Positions 37,231 to 48,974 of a stretch of DNA of 64,000 bases are shown in pieces; positions within the stretch are counted from its first letter, which is position 1, and each line of letters opens with the position of its first letter. The position numbers and the translations under genes are program-made. Under the pieces are notes generated by a model that worked only from the letters and a program-made list of their open reading frames with translations, was not told where the DNA came from and did not search any database. This stretch comes from Malacoraja senta (lineage: Eukaryota): NCBI GenBank assembly GCA_038087875.1, contig CM075990.1, positions 15,812,001 to 15,876,000 on the forward strand, in the 5' to 3' direction.

Positions 37231-40200
37231 GAAGCCCCACCGCCCACTCAACAGTTATTGCCTGAAGCGCTGAGTCTTTCCAGCATTGTCGGATTTTATT
37301 CCATTTCTCCAACATCTCCATTTATCTTTGATTTTCATGCAGTGTCTAAAAATTGGGTTCAATTTATTTGTATGTTGAATTCCAGTCAGAAGCAGGTGAA
37401 CAGAAAGATATAAGAGGCACAACACTTGAAAATAATGAAGGCTGGATGAGTTCAAACAAGTCACATTTTAGGGAACGTGGTTTTTTTGTTGCATTTTTGC
37501 CAACGTTAGTGAGCTAATGAAACAACACAGCAGTTCCCACCGATTCATGAAACAGAATGGCACTAACATCATCACATTTAATGAGTGGCCAAATCTCCCA
37601 AACCAAGAGTAGCGGCCCCTCTCTACCAAATGGGAGTTCACTATTTACTGCTCAATCTATCCTCATAACGTTTGTGGGCGACTATGAATAACCAACAACA
37701 CTAGTATCCAGCAGAGTGTGGTTTACTGTGCGACCTGCAATTAACTGGGGGTTGCATTGAGTCAATCCCCATTATCATGCTGCTGTAAAAGTCCTTATGT
37801 AAAGCAGTTGATTTAAGCCGGATCTGAACAGGAAATATAAGGTTTTTTTTTAACACTACACCATGTTTTCTCTTCAATTCTAAATGTGACAAATAGATAA
37901 ATTAAATCAATATGGTGATTTTTTTCCCCCCATGTAAATGGAATCCTCTTCTCGTTCAGCAGGTGCCTCAGGACCAAGGACTTGCATACTGCATGGGTGG
38001 AAAATGCTAGTTCGTTATTTATTTTACCAGAGGTGGGCTTGAAACATGTGCGAACACAGCACAGCAAGGTCCCGCTCTGAGTGGATGTGTAAGGGAGCAG
38101 AGAGGTTTCAAACAAGTGGGAAGATTGAGGGAGGCAGTCGGGGGAGATGGGTCAGAGGTAGGGAGACTGAGGGTGGACATCAGGGTGGGGGAGTTGGTGG
38201 AATAGGAATAGATGTGAGCTAAAGAGTGTGTGTGCAAGATTAGGCATCTGTGTTCTTGAAGAATTGCGGATCTGCGTGCGTGCTCAGAGAGACTAATGCC
38301 CCTATCAGAGATAATAGGAACCCGAGGGACAATTTTTTCACCTAGCGGGTGGTGGGTATATGGAACAAGCTGCCAGAGGAGGTAGTTGAGGGAGGCACAA
38401 TTACAACATTTAAAGGATACATGGACAGGCACATCATTAGGAAAGGATTAGATGGATATGGGCCAAATGGGACTAGCTTAGATGGGGCAACTTGGTTGAT
38501 ATGGACGAAGGTACACACAAAATGCTGGAGTAACTCAGCAGGACGGGCAGCACCTATGGAGGGAAGGAATGGGTGTCGTTTCGGGTCAAGGCCCTTCTTC
38601 AGCAGGAACGAGTTGGGCTGCAGGATTCTATGACTCGGTGAGCTGACAGCTTGACCACTGACTTTGCCCCCTTCCACGAGCTGTATTAGTAGCACGCTGC
38701 TGTAGCGTAGCAAGGGCCACAATGCAGAATGAACCCACGTTCGACGTCCACCTCCTCAAATCCTGCGCAGGTGCAGAAAAGCTTTTCTCCAGCACTGACA
38801 TGACACAAATGTACAAGGTCGTGGCTAATTGAGTGAAGGTGATGAGGTGCGGTCAGCTTATCACTCGCTCCTTTCACCTCCACATCAAATTGATGCCATG
38901 AAATATTCTCCTTTGCTGGGCGGAATTTTCATTGGTCTGGTTCCCTGCACAAAACAGTCTGTAAATTAACCAAAGTCAACAAAGGCACAGCAGTGACATT
39001 TAATATTGTCCCCCTAGATATCCATTTTAATCTAATGACAGCAGCATTTTTGAGAGAAGTACACAATAAAATCTATTAATTCAACAGAAGGAAATCACGA
39101 TTGTTTAAATAACAAGACTGCTTTGATGGTTACTAGAGTCATAGAATTATATCACTTGGAAACAGACCCTTCAGCCCAACTTGTCCATACTAACCAAGGT
39201 GCCCCATCTAAGATAAAAGAGGAAGTAGATTGGACTTTGTCTTCCATCGCAGTGAGGAACGTGGGGAATCCACTGTGGTGGATGTTTATGTTAACCTTTA
39301 TGTAGTTGTGTGTCTTGTTGCTTTATTTTGGTAATTCGGATTTCACTGTACCCATAATTGGTATACATGACAATAAATTGACATTGAAACCTTGAAACCT
39401 AGTCCCATTTACTTGCGTTTGGCCCATATCCCTCTAAACCTTTTCTGTCCATGCACGTGACCAAATGTCTTTTAAAAACACATTACCTTTTAAAAAAAAA
39501 AATCACAGAGCATACTATTAAAGGATTATTTTACACAGAGGCAATTCTTCAAGCCTGTAGGACTATCCCCCTCATCCATTCCTTTCACTTTTGGCCCGTT
39601 AGTCCTGTTACTTGTTCCTTCAAACGCCTATCCATCATCCCTTCAAAAGCACAAATGGTTCTGTTTCCACCACCCCAACAAATAGCAAGTTCCACAATGA
39701 GTCATAGAGTGATACAGTATAGAAATAGGCCCTTCGGCCCAACTTGCCCACACCGGCCAACATGTTCTAGCTACAGTACACTAGTCCCACCTGCCTGCAT
39801 TTGGTCCATATCCCTCCAAACCTGTACCTGTCTAACTGTTTCTTAAATGTTGACATAGTCCCTGCCTCAACTACCTCCTCTGGCAGCTTGTTCCATACAC
39901 CCACCATCCTTTGCGTGAAAAGTTTACCAGTCAGATTCCTTTAAAATCTTTTCCCCTTCACCTTAAACCTATGTCCTCTGGTCCTCGATTCACACGAGAC
40001 TTTGTGGGTCTCCCCGATCTATTCCTCTCATGATTTTATGCACCTCTGTAAGATCACCCCTCATCCTCCTGCGCTCCAAATGCTTTTACACATCAGGCAG
40101 CATCTCTGGAAGAGATCCACTACTCAAAACGTTTTACCTCTCAACCCCTTTGCATCTGTTGCTCCGCATTTGAAACACATCTCACCCTAATTTTTAAAAC

Positions 40201-40664
40201 ATCCCCTATCAGACCTCCTCTCCACGTTCCATCCTGATAGAATGACAAATTCCCAAATGTCTCCTTCAAAAGGTCAGGAGGAATAGGAGTAGGATTAGGC
40301 CTTTCGGCCCATCAAGTCTACTCCGCCATTCAGTCATGGCTGATCTATCTTTCCCTCCTAACCCCATTCTCCTGCCTTCTCCCCATAACCTCTGACAACC
40401 TGTGTCTCATCATAGGAGCCCCCAGTCAAACAAATACACTTCTCTGGTGCCAAAATCAATCATTTTCATTATGCTTTACTTTAAACTTCAAAATGATCAA
40501 AACATGGAAGGCAGAATATTCCACCAGACCGATTAGGAGGTAGTGTTGCCTCTGCAGCTGAAACAATCATCGCAAATTTGGACACAGGTTGTGAACCATG
40601 AATGGATTGACGGTTTTGCACAATTTGTGTCTTCATGGTTGATAAAGGCTTCCTACCAACCCTA

Positions 40665-41015
40665 TGTGGATGTGGAGAGGATGTTTCCACCAGTGGGTGA
40701 GTCTAGGACTAGGGGTCACAGCCTCAGAATTAAAGGACGTTCTTTTAGGAAGGAGATGAGGAGACATTTCTTTAGTCAGAGGGTGGTGAATCTGTGGAAT
40801 TATTTGCCACAGACGGCTGTGGAGGCCAAGTCAGTGGATATTTTTAAGGCAGAGTTAGATAGATTTGTGATCAGTACGGGTGTCAGAGGTTATGGGGAGA
40901 AGGCAGGAGAATGGGGTTAGGAGGGAGAGATAGATCAGCTATGATTGAATGGCGGAGTAGACTTGAGGGCACGAATGGCCTGATTCTTCTTCTACCACTT
41001 ATGACCTTATGAACT
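40665..41015 (+). mobile_element. CR1 3' fragment (older subfamily)
   Basis: VDVERMFPPVGESRTRGHSLRIKG..RVVNLWN. Confidence 0.8.
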
Positions 41016-41255
41016 TACAACCAACTGCCCACAAAGGTCCAATGAAGACCGCTGCTGCCCAAGCTGTTTTGTCCCAGAGGTCTTCAAACCAAAATACAAA
41101 ATGAAGAAGCTTTGAAATGGATCTGAAATACTCAGTAAGACAAACAATATGTCGTACATAGATACATAGATACATAGAAATTAGGTGCAGGAGTAGGCCA
41201 TTCGGCCCTTCGAGCCTGCACCGCCATTCAATACGATCATGGCTGATCATCCAAC

Positions 41256-44192
41256 TCAGTATCCCGTACCTGCCTTCTCTCCATACCCCCTGATCCCTTT
41301 AGTCACAAGGGCCACATCTAATTCCCTCTTAAATATAGCCAATGAACTGGCCTCAACTACCCTCTGTGGCAGAGAGTTCCAGAGATTCACCACTCTCTGT
41401 GTGAAAAAGTTTTTCCTCATCTCGGTCTTAAAGGATTTTCCCCTTATCCTTAAGCTGTGACCCCTTGTCCTGGACTTCCCCAACATCGGGAACAATCTTC
41501 CTGCATCTAGCCTGTCCAACCCCATAAGAATCTTGTACGTTTCTATAAGATCCCCTCTCAATCTCCTAAATTCTAGCGAGTATAAGCCAAGTCTATCCAG
41601 TCTTTCTTCATATGAAAGTCCTGACATCCCAGGAATCAGTCTGGTGAACCTTCTCTGCACTCCCTCTATGGCTATAATGTCCTTCCTCAGATTTGGAGAC
41701 CAAAACTGTACGCAATACTCCAGGTGTGGTCTCACCAAGACCCTGTACAACTGCAGTAGAACCTCACTGCTCCTATACTCAAATCCTCTTGCTATGAAGG
41801 CCAACATACCATTCGCTTTCTTCACTGCCTGCTGCACCTGCATGCCTACTTTCAATGACTGGTGTACCATGACACCCAGGTCTCGCTGCATCTCCCCATT
41901 TCCTAATCGGCCACCATTTAGATAATAGTCTGCCTTCCCGTTTTTGCTACCAAAGTGGATAACCTCACATTTATCCACATTATACTGCATCTGCCAAACA
42001 TTTGCCCACTCACCCAGCCTATCCAAGTCACCTTGCAGTCTCCTAGCATCCTCCTCACAGCTAACACTGCCCCCCAGCTTAGTGTCATCCGCAAACTTGG
42101 AGATGTTGCTTTCAATTCCCTCGTCCAGATCATTAATATAAATTGTAAATAGCTGGGGTCCCAGCACTGAGCCTTGTGGTACCCCACTAGTCACTGCCTG
42201 CCATTGTGAAAAGGACCCGTTTACTCCTACTCTTTGCTTCCTGTTTGCCAGCCAGTTTTCTATCCACATCAATACTGAACCCCCAATACCGTGTGATTTA
42301 AGTTTGTATCCTAATCTCTTATGTGGTACCTTGTCGAAAGCCTTCTGAAAGTCCAGATACAACACATCCACTGGTTCTCCCCTATCCACTCTACTAGTTA
42401 CATCCTCGAAAAATTCTATAAGATTCGTCAGACACGATTTACCTTTCGTAAATCCATGCTGACTTTGTCCAATGATTTCACCACTTTCCAAATGTGCTGC
42501 TATCCCATCTTTAATAACTGACTCTAGCAGTTTCCCCACTACCGATGTTAGACTAACTGGTCTGTAATTCCCCGTTTTCTCTCTCCCTCCCTTCTTAAAA
42601 AGTGGGGTTACGTTTGCTACCCTCCAATCCTCAGGAACTACTCCAGAATCTAAAGAGTTTTGAAAAATTATCACTAATGCATCCACTATTTCTGGAGCTA
42701 CTTCCTTAAGTACTCTGGGATGCAGCCTATCTGGCCCTGGTGATTTATCGGCCTTTAATCCATTCAATTTACCCAACACCACTTCCCGACTAACCTGGAT
42801 TTCACTCAGTTCCTCCATCTCCTTTGACCCGCGGCCCCCTGCTATTTCCGGCAGATTATTTATGTCTTCCTTAGTGAAGACGGAACCAAAGTAGTTATTC
42901 AATTGGTCTGCCATATCCTTGTTCCCCATGATCAATTCACCTGTTTCTGACTGCAAGGGACCTACATTTGATTTAACTAATCTCTTTCTCTTCACATATC
43001 TATAAAAACTTTTGCAGTCAGTTTTTATGTTCCCTGCCAGTTTCCTTTCATAATCTATTTTCCCTTTCCTAATTAAGCCCTTTGTCCTCCTCTGCTGGTC
43101 TCTGAATTTCTCCCAGTCCTCTGGTATGCTGCCTTTTCTGGCTAATTTGTACGCATCATCTTTTGCTTTGATACTATCCCTGATTTCCCTTGTTATCCAC
43201 GGATGCACTACCTTCCTTGATTTATTCTTTTGCCAAACTGGGATGAACAATTTTTGTAGTTCATCCATGCAGTCTTTAAATGCCTTCCATTGCATATCCA
43301 CCGTCAACCCTTTTAGAACTAATTGCCAGTCAATCTTGGCCAATTCATGTCTCATACCCTCAAAGTTACCTTTCTTTAAGTTCAGAACCGTTGTTTCTGA
43401 ATTAACAATGTCACTCTCCATCCTAATGAAGAACTCAACCATATTATGATCACTCTTGCCCAAGGGGGCACGCACAACGAGTCTGCTAACTAACCCTTCC
43501 TCATTACTCAATACCCAGTCTAGAATAGCCTGCTCTCTCGTTGGTTCCTCTACATGTTGGTTTAGATAACTATCCCTCATACATTCCAAGAAATCCTCTT
43601 CCTCAGCACCCCTGCCAATTTGATTCACCCAATCTATATGTAGATTGAAGTCACCCATTATAACTGTTTTGCCTTTGTTGCACGCATTTCTAATTTCCTG
43701 TTTGATGCCATCCCCAACTTCACTACTACTGCTAGGTGGCCTGTACACAACGCCCACCAGCGTTTTCTGCCCCTTAGTGTTTCGCAGCTCTACCCATACC
43801 GATTCCACATCCTCCAAGCTAATGTCCTTCCTTTCCACTGCGTTAATCTCCTCTCTAACCAGCAACGCCACCCCACCTCCTTTTCCTTTCTCTCTATCCC
43901 TCCTGAATATTGAATATCCCTGGATGTTCAGCTCCCAGCCTTGGTCACCTTGGAGCCATGTCTCCGTGATCCCAACTATATCATAATCATTAATTGCTAT
44001 CTGCACGTTCAACTCATCCACCTTATTACGAATGCTCCTTGCATTGAGACACAAAGCCTTCAGACTTGTTTTTACAACGCTCTTACCCCTTATACAATTA
44101 TGTTGAAAAGTGGCTCTTTTTGATTTTTGTCCTGGATTTGTCTGCCTGCCACTTTTACCTTTCACCTTGCTACCTATTGCTTCCGCCCGCAT
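41256..44192 (-). CDS. CR1 ORF2: APE endonuclease and reverse transcriptase (978 aa from first ATG; frame open from 44555)
   Basis: CLNARSIRNK, GITETW, VYRPP, MGDFN, SDH; NYRPVSLTS, LDFQKAFDKV, GVPQGSVLGP, FADDTK; no stops. Confidence 0.95.
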   Translation of the reverse strand: MRAEAIGSKVKGKSGRQTNPGQKSKRATFQHNCIRGKSVVKTSLKALCLNARSIRNKVDELNVQIAINDYDIVGITETWLQGDQGWELNIQGYSIFRRDREKGKGGGVALLVREEINAVERKDISLEDVESVWVELRNTKGQKTLVGVVYRPPSSSSEVGDGIKQEIRNACNKGKTVIMGDFNLHIDWVNQIGRGAEEEDFLECMRDSYLNQHVEEPTREQAILDWVLSNEEGLVSRLVVRAPLGKSDHNMVEFFIRMESDIVNSETTVLNLKKGNFEGMRHELAKIDWQLVLKGLTVDMQWKAFKDCMDELQKLFIPVWQKNKSRKVVHPWITREIRDSIKAKDDAYKLARKGSIPEDWEKFRDQQRRTKGLIRKGKIDYERKLAGNIKTDCKSFYRYVKRKRLVKSNVGPLQSETGELIMGNKDMADQLNNYFGSVFTKEDINNLPEIAGGRGSKEMEELSEIQVSREVVLGKLNGLKADKSPGPDRLHPRVLKEVAPEIVDALVIIFQNSLDSGVVPEDWRVANVTPLFKKGGREKTGNYRPVSLTSVVGKLLESVIKDGIAAHLESGEIIGQSQHGFTKGKSCLTNLIEFFEDVTSRVDRGEPVDVLYLDFQKAFDKVPHKRLGYKLKSHGIGGSVLMWIENWLANRKQRVGVNGSFSQWQAVTSGVPQGSVLGPQLFTIYINDLDEGIESNISKFADDTKLGGSVSCEEDARRLQGDLDRLGEWANVWQMQYNVDKCEVIHFGSKNGKADYYLNGGRLGNGEMQRDLGVMVHQSLKVGMQVQQAVKKANGMLAFIARGFEYRSSEVLLQLYRVLVRPHLEYCVQFWSPNLRKDIIAIEGVQRRFTRLIPGMSGLSYEERLDRLGLYSLEFRRLRGDLIETYKILMGLDRLDAGRLFPMLGKSRTRGHSLRIRGKSFKTEMRKNFFTQRVVNLWNSLPQRVVEASSLAIFKRELDVALVTKGIRGYGEKAGTGY

Positions 44193-44371
44193 TTTACACC
44201 CCTCTGTTTCTCTGCTCACCCATTTAAGAACCCCACCACCTCTTATTCTCTGTTTATTATTGTTTTCTTCTTTCCCCCCTACATGTTGGGTCTGAGTGCT
44301 TTCCTTCTCTGCCTCCTGCCTCACACACTGTCTAATAGCATTCTCTATTTGAGTCCCTCCCCCCAACCATT

Positions 44372-45307
44372 CTAGTTTAAAGTCTCCCCAGTAGCCTTTG
44401 CAGATCTCCCCGCCAGGATATCGGTCCCCCTCAGGTTCAAGTGCAACCCATCCTTTTTGTACAGGTCGAACCTTCCACAAAAGAAGTCCCAATGATCCAG
44501 AAATTTGAATCCCTGCCTTCTGCACCAGTCCTTCAGCCACGCATTTATCCTCCACCTCGCTCCATTCCTACTCTCACTGTCGCGTGGTACAGGCAGTAAT
44601 CCCGAGATTGTTACCTTTGCTGTCCTTCTCTTTAACTCCCCTCCTAACTCCCTAAATTCTCCTTTCAGGACCTCTTCTCTTTTTTTACCTATGTCATTGG
44701 TACCTATATGTATCACGACCTCGGGCTCCTCTCCCTGCCCTTTCAGGATGTCTTGGACACGTTGGGACACATCACAGACCCTGGCACCAGGGAGGCAAAC
44801 TACCATCCGGGTCTCCCGACTGCGTCCACAGAATCGCCTGTCTGACCCCCTAACTATAGAGTCCCCTATTAATATTGCCCTCCTCTTCTTTTCCTTACCC
44901 TTCTGAGCAACAGGACCGGTCTCTATACCGGAGGCCCGGCCGCTGTCGCTACCCCCAGGTAGGCTGTCCACCCCAACAGTGCTCAAACAGGAGTACTTAT
45001 TGTCAAGGTGTACAGCCACCGGGGTACTCTCTAGTCCCTGCCTGTGCCCCTTGCCTCTCCCAACCGTGATCCACTTGCCTGCCTCCTGTGGTGTTGGAGT
45101 GACCACATCCCTGTAACTCCTCTCAATGACTTCCTCGCTCTCCCTGACCAGACGGAGGTCATCGAGCTGCTGCTCCAGGTTCCTAATACGGTCCATTAGG
45201 AGCCCCATCTCGATACACCTGGCGCAGATGTGGACGTCTGGAGGGCTAACAGACTCCATGACTTCCCACATCTGACATCCAGAACAGTAAACTGCCCTGG
45301 CCGTCAT
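44372..45307 (-). CDS. CR1 ORF1: zinc finger, coiled coil and SGNH/GDSL esterase domain (311 aa)
   Basis: CSGC..CARC; LMDRIRNLEQQLDDL; IGDSIVRG, PGA, HIGTND, DGLHL. Confidence 0.92.
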   Translation of the reverse strand: MTARAVYCSGCQMWEVMESVSPPDVHICARCIEMGLLMDRIRNLEQQLDDLRLVRESEEVIERSYRDVVTPTPQEAGKWITVGRGKGHRQGLESTPVAVHLDNKYSCLSTVGVDSLPGGSDSGRASGIETGPVAQKGKEKKRRAILIGDSIVRGSDRRFCGRSRETRMVVCLPGARVCDVSQRVQDILKGQGEEPEVVIHIGTNDIGKKREEVLKGEFRELGGELKRRTAKVTISGLLPVPRDSESRNGARWRINAWLKDWCRRQGFKFLDHWDFFCGRFDLYKKDGLHLNLRGTDILAGRSAKATGETLN

Positions 45308-45332
45308 ACTCCCCTTACCCTGGATAGAATAT

Positions 45333-45532
45333 AAAACAAACTGCTACAATACAAAACAAACTGCTACAATACAAAACAAACTGCTACAATACAAAACAAA
45401 CTGCTACAATACAAAACAAACTGCTACAATACAAAACAAACTGCTACAATACAAAACAAACTGCTACAATACAAAACAAACTGCTACAATACAAAACAAA
45501 CTGCTACAATACAAAACAAACTGCTACAATAC
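45333..45532. repeat. 10 x 20-bp tandem repeat in the CR1 5' UTR
   Basis: (aaaacaaactgctacaatac)10. Confidence 0.95.
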
Positions 45533-45647
45533 AGTACAATCAGCAGGGATCTGACTCCCAATCAGCTGCTCTCTCTTATCTGCGTCCACCAATCAGCGGC
45601 TTCCTCAAACCCACTTGTTTTTGAAGTGGAACGTTGCCGATTTGGGT

Positions 45648-46102
45648 TCCTTTTTAAGTCCTACCGCTCGGTTGTAGCTCCTCCCTCAGCGACCTCTCCA
45701 ACGGCTTTCGGACCTCTGTAAGGAACAAGCCCCCGCGCTCCTTTTTAAGTCCTACCGCTCGGTTGTAGCTCCTCCCTCAGCGACCTCTCCAACGGCTTTC
45801 GGACCTCTGTAAGGAACAAGCCCCCGCGCTCCTTTTTAAGTCCTACCGCTCGGTTGTAGCTCCTCCCTCAGCGACCTCTCCAACGGCTTTCGGACCTCTG
45901 TAAGGAACAAGCCCCCGCGCTCCTTTTTAAGTCCTACCGCTCGGTTGTAGCTCCTCCCTCAGCGACCTCTCCAACGGCTTTCGGACCTCTGTAAGGAACA
46001 AGCCCCCGCGCTCCTTTTTAAGTCCTACCGCTCGGTTGTAGCTCCTCCCTCAGCGACCTCTCCAACGGCTTTCGGACCTCTGTAAGGAACAAGCCCCCGC
46101 GC
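45648..46102. repeat. 5 x 91-bp tandem monomers at the CR1 5' end
   Basis: Units start at 45648, 45739, 45830, 45921 and 46012 and look identical. Confidence 0.95.
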
Positions 46103-46967
46103 GAGATCGGATTGCAGTTATCCACCAAATGCCTACGACCCTCCAGTACCAATCAGATTAAGAAACACACCTACTGTACAAGTCATCATCTCCATCAGGC
46201 AATCAGTGATATATTCACACAATCACACAATGGCATAAACCTACCCAACCTCAAAAATAAAACCATTTCTCAGCCCACACCATGAGATTAAGTTGCTGTC
46301 TTTAACTGAGCTATGCGCACTGTTCAGTTTAACTGCTTCTATTGTGTTTTATGATCTTTTCAAAGCTGCTCAAATGAATTGTGATTGCTTACTCCATTAA
46401 CTATTAACTTTTGCCATATTTGACAATGGCATTAGATCGGATAGCATTGGGATTAAAGCAGCATCAACATAATGTCAAATAAATTAGCACCGTAATAAAT
46501 CCAGAAAAGCATGAGCAATGCTTCATAAAAATAAACTGTTCATCATTTCATAGAAATAATCAAGGAATTCTCTCCACTCTTGTCCCTCCCCTCATTTCAA
46601 GCGTGTGCATGTGCGTGACCTTCCCGTTTTAAACTCCTGACAACAACAATCTCAATTTGTCCAAAGTCTACATTTGCTGAAGACCTCTGGGATAAAGTTA
46701 ACTTCGTCAAATTAATTATCAGAGTTTCAGTTTTTATACCTCACCCTCACTCTCAGAATATTGTACACATGTAGTGTGTACGTCTACCGATTGCAGTGCA
46801 CCAACTTGTCTAAATACCAACCAAACTTATAAACCATACATCAGCCTGGCTTGGAGACATCATCCATCGTCTCCTCATCGTCCAAACCCAATACTCTGTA
46901 TCCAACTGCATCAAGGTGAATTGCATGGATTCATTCTGTAGAAGCAAGATTACAGTTGGCATAGTGG

Positions 46968-47209
46968 CCTGGGTACCCGGGCAGGACGCCAACGCACTTT
47001 TGCCGAAGGATGAGAAGCCGAAGCCAAGATATCGAAAGGACATGATGCCGAAAAGCCAAGATGTTGAATGAAGATGACGTCGAGAAGCTATGACGTTCGG
47101 CGTCATGTCCGTTCGGCGTCAAACCTTTTCGGCGTCAAGTCCTTTCAGCATCTTGGCTTCGGCTTCTCACCATCAGCAAAAGTGCATTCGGCGTCCTGTC
47201 CGCACACGG
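46968..47209. mobile_element. Unclassified palindromic MITE inserted in a V-SINE head
   Basis: Arms caggacgcc..gcacttttgc..gagaagccgaagccaagat and their reverse complement; SINE head ggcatagtgg|tggcgtagctggtagag is split. Confidence 0.7.
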
Positions 47210-48045
47210 TGGCGTAGCTGGTAGAGCCACCGCCTCACAGCGCCAGAGCCGCAGGTTCAATCCTGATCTTGGGTGCTGTTTGTGTGGAGTTAGCACGTTT
47301 CTCCCGTGACTGCCCGGTTTCCTCCCACCAAGTGTGGCTTTGTAGGTGAATTGGCCTCGGTAAAATTGCTCTTAATATGAAGTGGCAGAACCTTTAGTTT
47401 TGTAAGATGTACAAAGATGCCAGAATTGGAAATCTCCAAGAGTCGGAAGAGATTGCAGAGGGAGGAGGGATGAAACGATGAAAGGTTTTCAGGTGCCTAA
47501 TCTGTTGAGTTCCTCAGTACTTTGTGCTTTGAGGGATTTTAGGAGCTTGGGCTATGACCCTTCTTCAGACTGAAGAAGGGTCTCGACCCGAACGTCACCC
47601 ATTACTTCTCTCCAGAGATGCTGCCTGTCCCGCTGAGTTACTCCAGCATTTTGTGCCTATCTTCGATTTAAACCAGCATCTGCAGTGCTTTCCTACACAT
47701 TTTCACTGCCCAGAGTTCTGCATCCAGCAAACCCCTGGCCACTGAACCAGTGCGTGCAGGCAGTAAATTACCAAAGGGCAGCGCTGTTATTGCCCTGCTG
47801 ATAATAAAACCACAGCATCTTGCTCCGAGAGCAGTTTATCACCCATTCACCCAGAGAGAGGAATACTGAATTAGAGAAGCTTTCTTCTGAGCCGTTCAGC
47901 CCATCATGTATGTGCCAGCCCAATCAAAGAATTAGGACATTTCTACCCCACTGGTACAGGGCTAGTTTAAATGGAGGTCATTCAGCCATCAAGTGTGTTC
48001 AATTAATGTGAATAGCAAACTGTTTTAAGTGGACACAAATGCTAT

Positions 48046-48356
48046 AGTTTAGTTCAGTTTTGAGATAAAGCGTGGAAACAGGCCCTACGGCCCACGGAGT
48101 CCGCGCCGACCAGCAATCCCCGCACGCAAATGCTATACTGCAGACACTATCGACAATTTTCTACAGTTATACCAAGCCAATTAACCTACAAACCTGTACG
48201 TCTTTGGAGTGTGGGGAGAAACTGGAGCTTTCCGGAGAAAAACCCACATAGGTCACGGGGAAAATGTACAAACTCTGTACAGACAGCACCCGTAGTCAGG
48301 AACGAACCCGGGTCGCTGGCACTGTGAGGCAGCAACTCTGCGCCACCATGCCGCCC
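48046..48356 (-). mobile_element. HE1-like V-SINE
   Basis: Complete from tail (agttt)n to head ccaccatgccgcc. Confidence 0.8.
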
Positions 48357-48668
48357 CGATAGTCTTGACTGTCATGTTGCCATCAACAATTTAGTGGATC
48401 TGTTACATATCCGCTCTTTTTACAATTAAACTCCAGTTCTGTAATGTCATGCACAGGTAGTCACTGGCAACATTCTCTTTTACAACAAAGTAAAGAAGAA
48501 TTTTAATTAGAGCATCAAAAAAAATGAACAGTCTTTTCATCTCAGCTTTCATTCTTTGCTTCCCACATACAACCTTCTTTTCATTTTGCCAAGCTTTCAG
48601 CCTCTGGGGAGGAGGGACAAGGCTGTTCCTCCACAGAAGTGTTCCTTGTGAGAAACGTGCACAACTAA

Positions 48669-48974
48669 AGGGCCTGTCCCACTGTACGAGGTAATTCAAG
48701 AGTTCTCCCGAGTTTCCCAATTCGAATTCGGAGAATTACGGTAACAGCCGCTCGTAGGTACTCGGGGCTCTCGTGGACATTTTTCAACATGTTGAAAAAA
48801 CTTCACGAGCTTACCGCGTTCCCCGAGTACCTGCCGTTAGCGTTACGAGCCGCTAAGAGACGTCCTGAGCTCCGACGTACCCGCTACGTACATTATACGT
48901 ACTTACCACGAGTTTGATTATTTTTTTTAACTCAGGAGAGCTCTTGGGTAAACTCGTATAGTGGGACAGGCCCT
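48669..48974. mobile_element. PIF/Harbinger-like MITE
   Basis: TIR agggcctgtcccact(g/a)tacgag at both ends; TWA-like flanks taa/tta. Confidence 0.8.

Larger units (their letters stand above)
41155..46103 (-). mobile_element. Full-length CR1-clade LINE (HER1-like)
   Basis: 5' UTR repeat arrays, ORF1 esterase, ORF2 APE+RT, 3' UTR and (tatgtatc)n tail. Confidence 0.95.

Noticed and set aside
38600..38900. Possible host exon
   Set aside because: Only short frames with no recognisable protein similarity or convincing splice-site pair.
45333..46102. CRISPR-like array
   Set aside because: The repeats are head-to-tail with no unique spacers, no cas genes are present, and they sit in a eukaryotic LINE 5' UTR.
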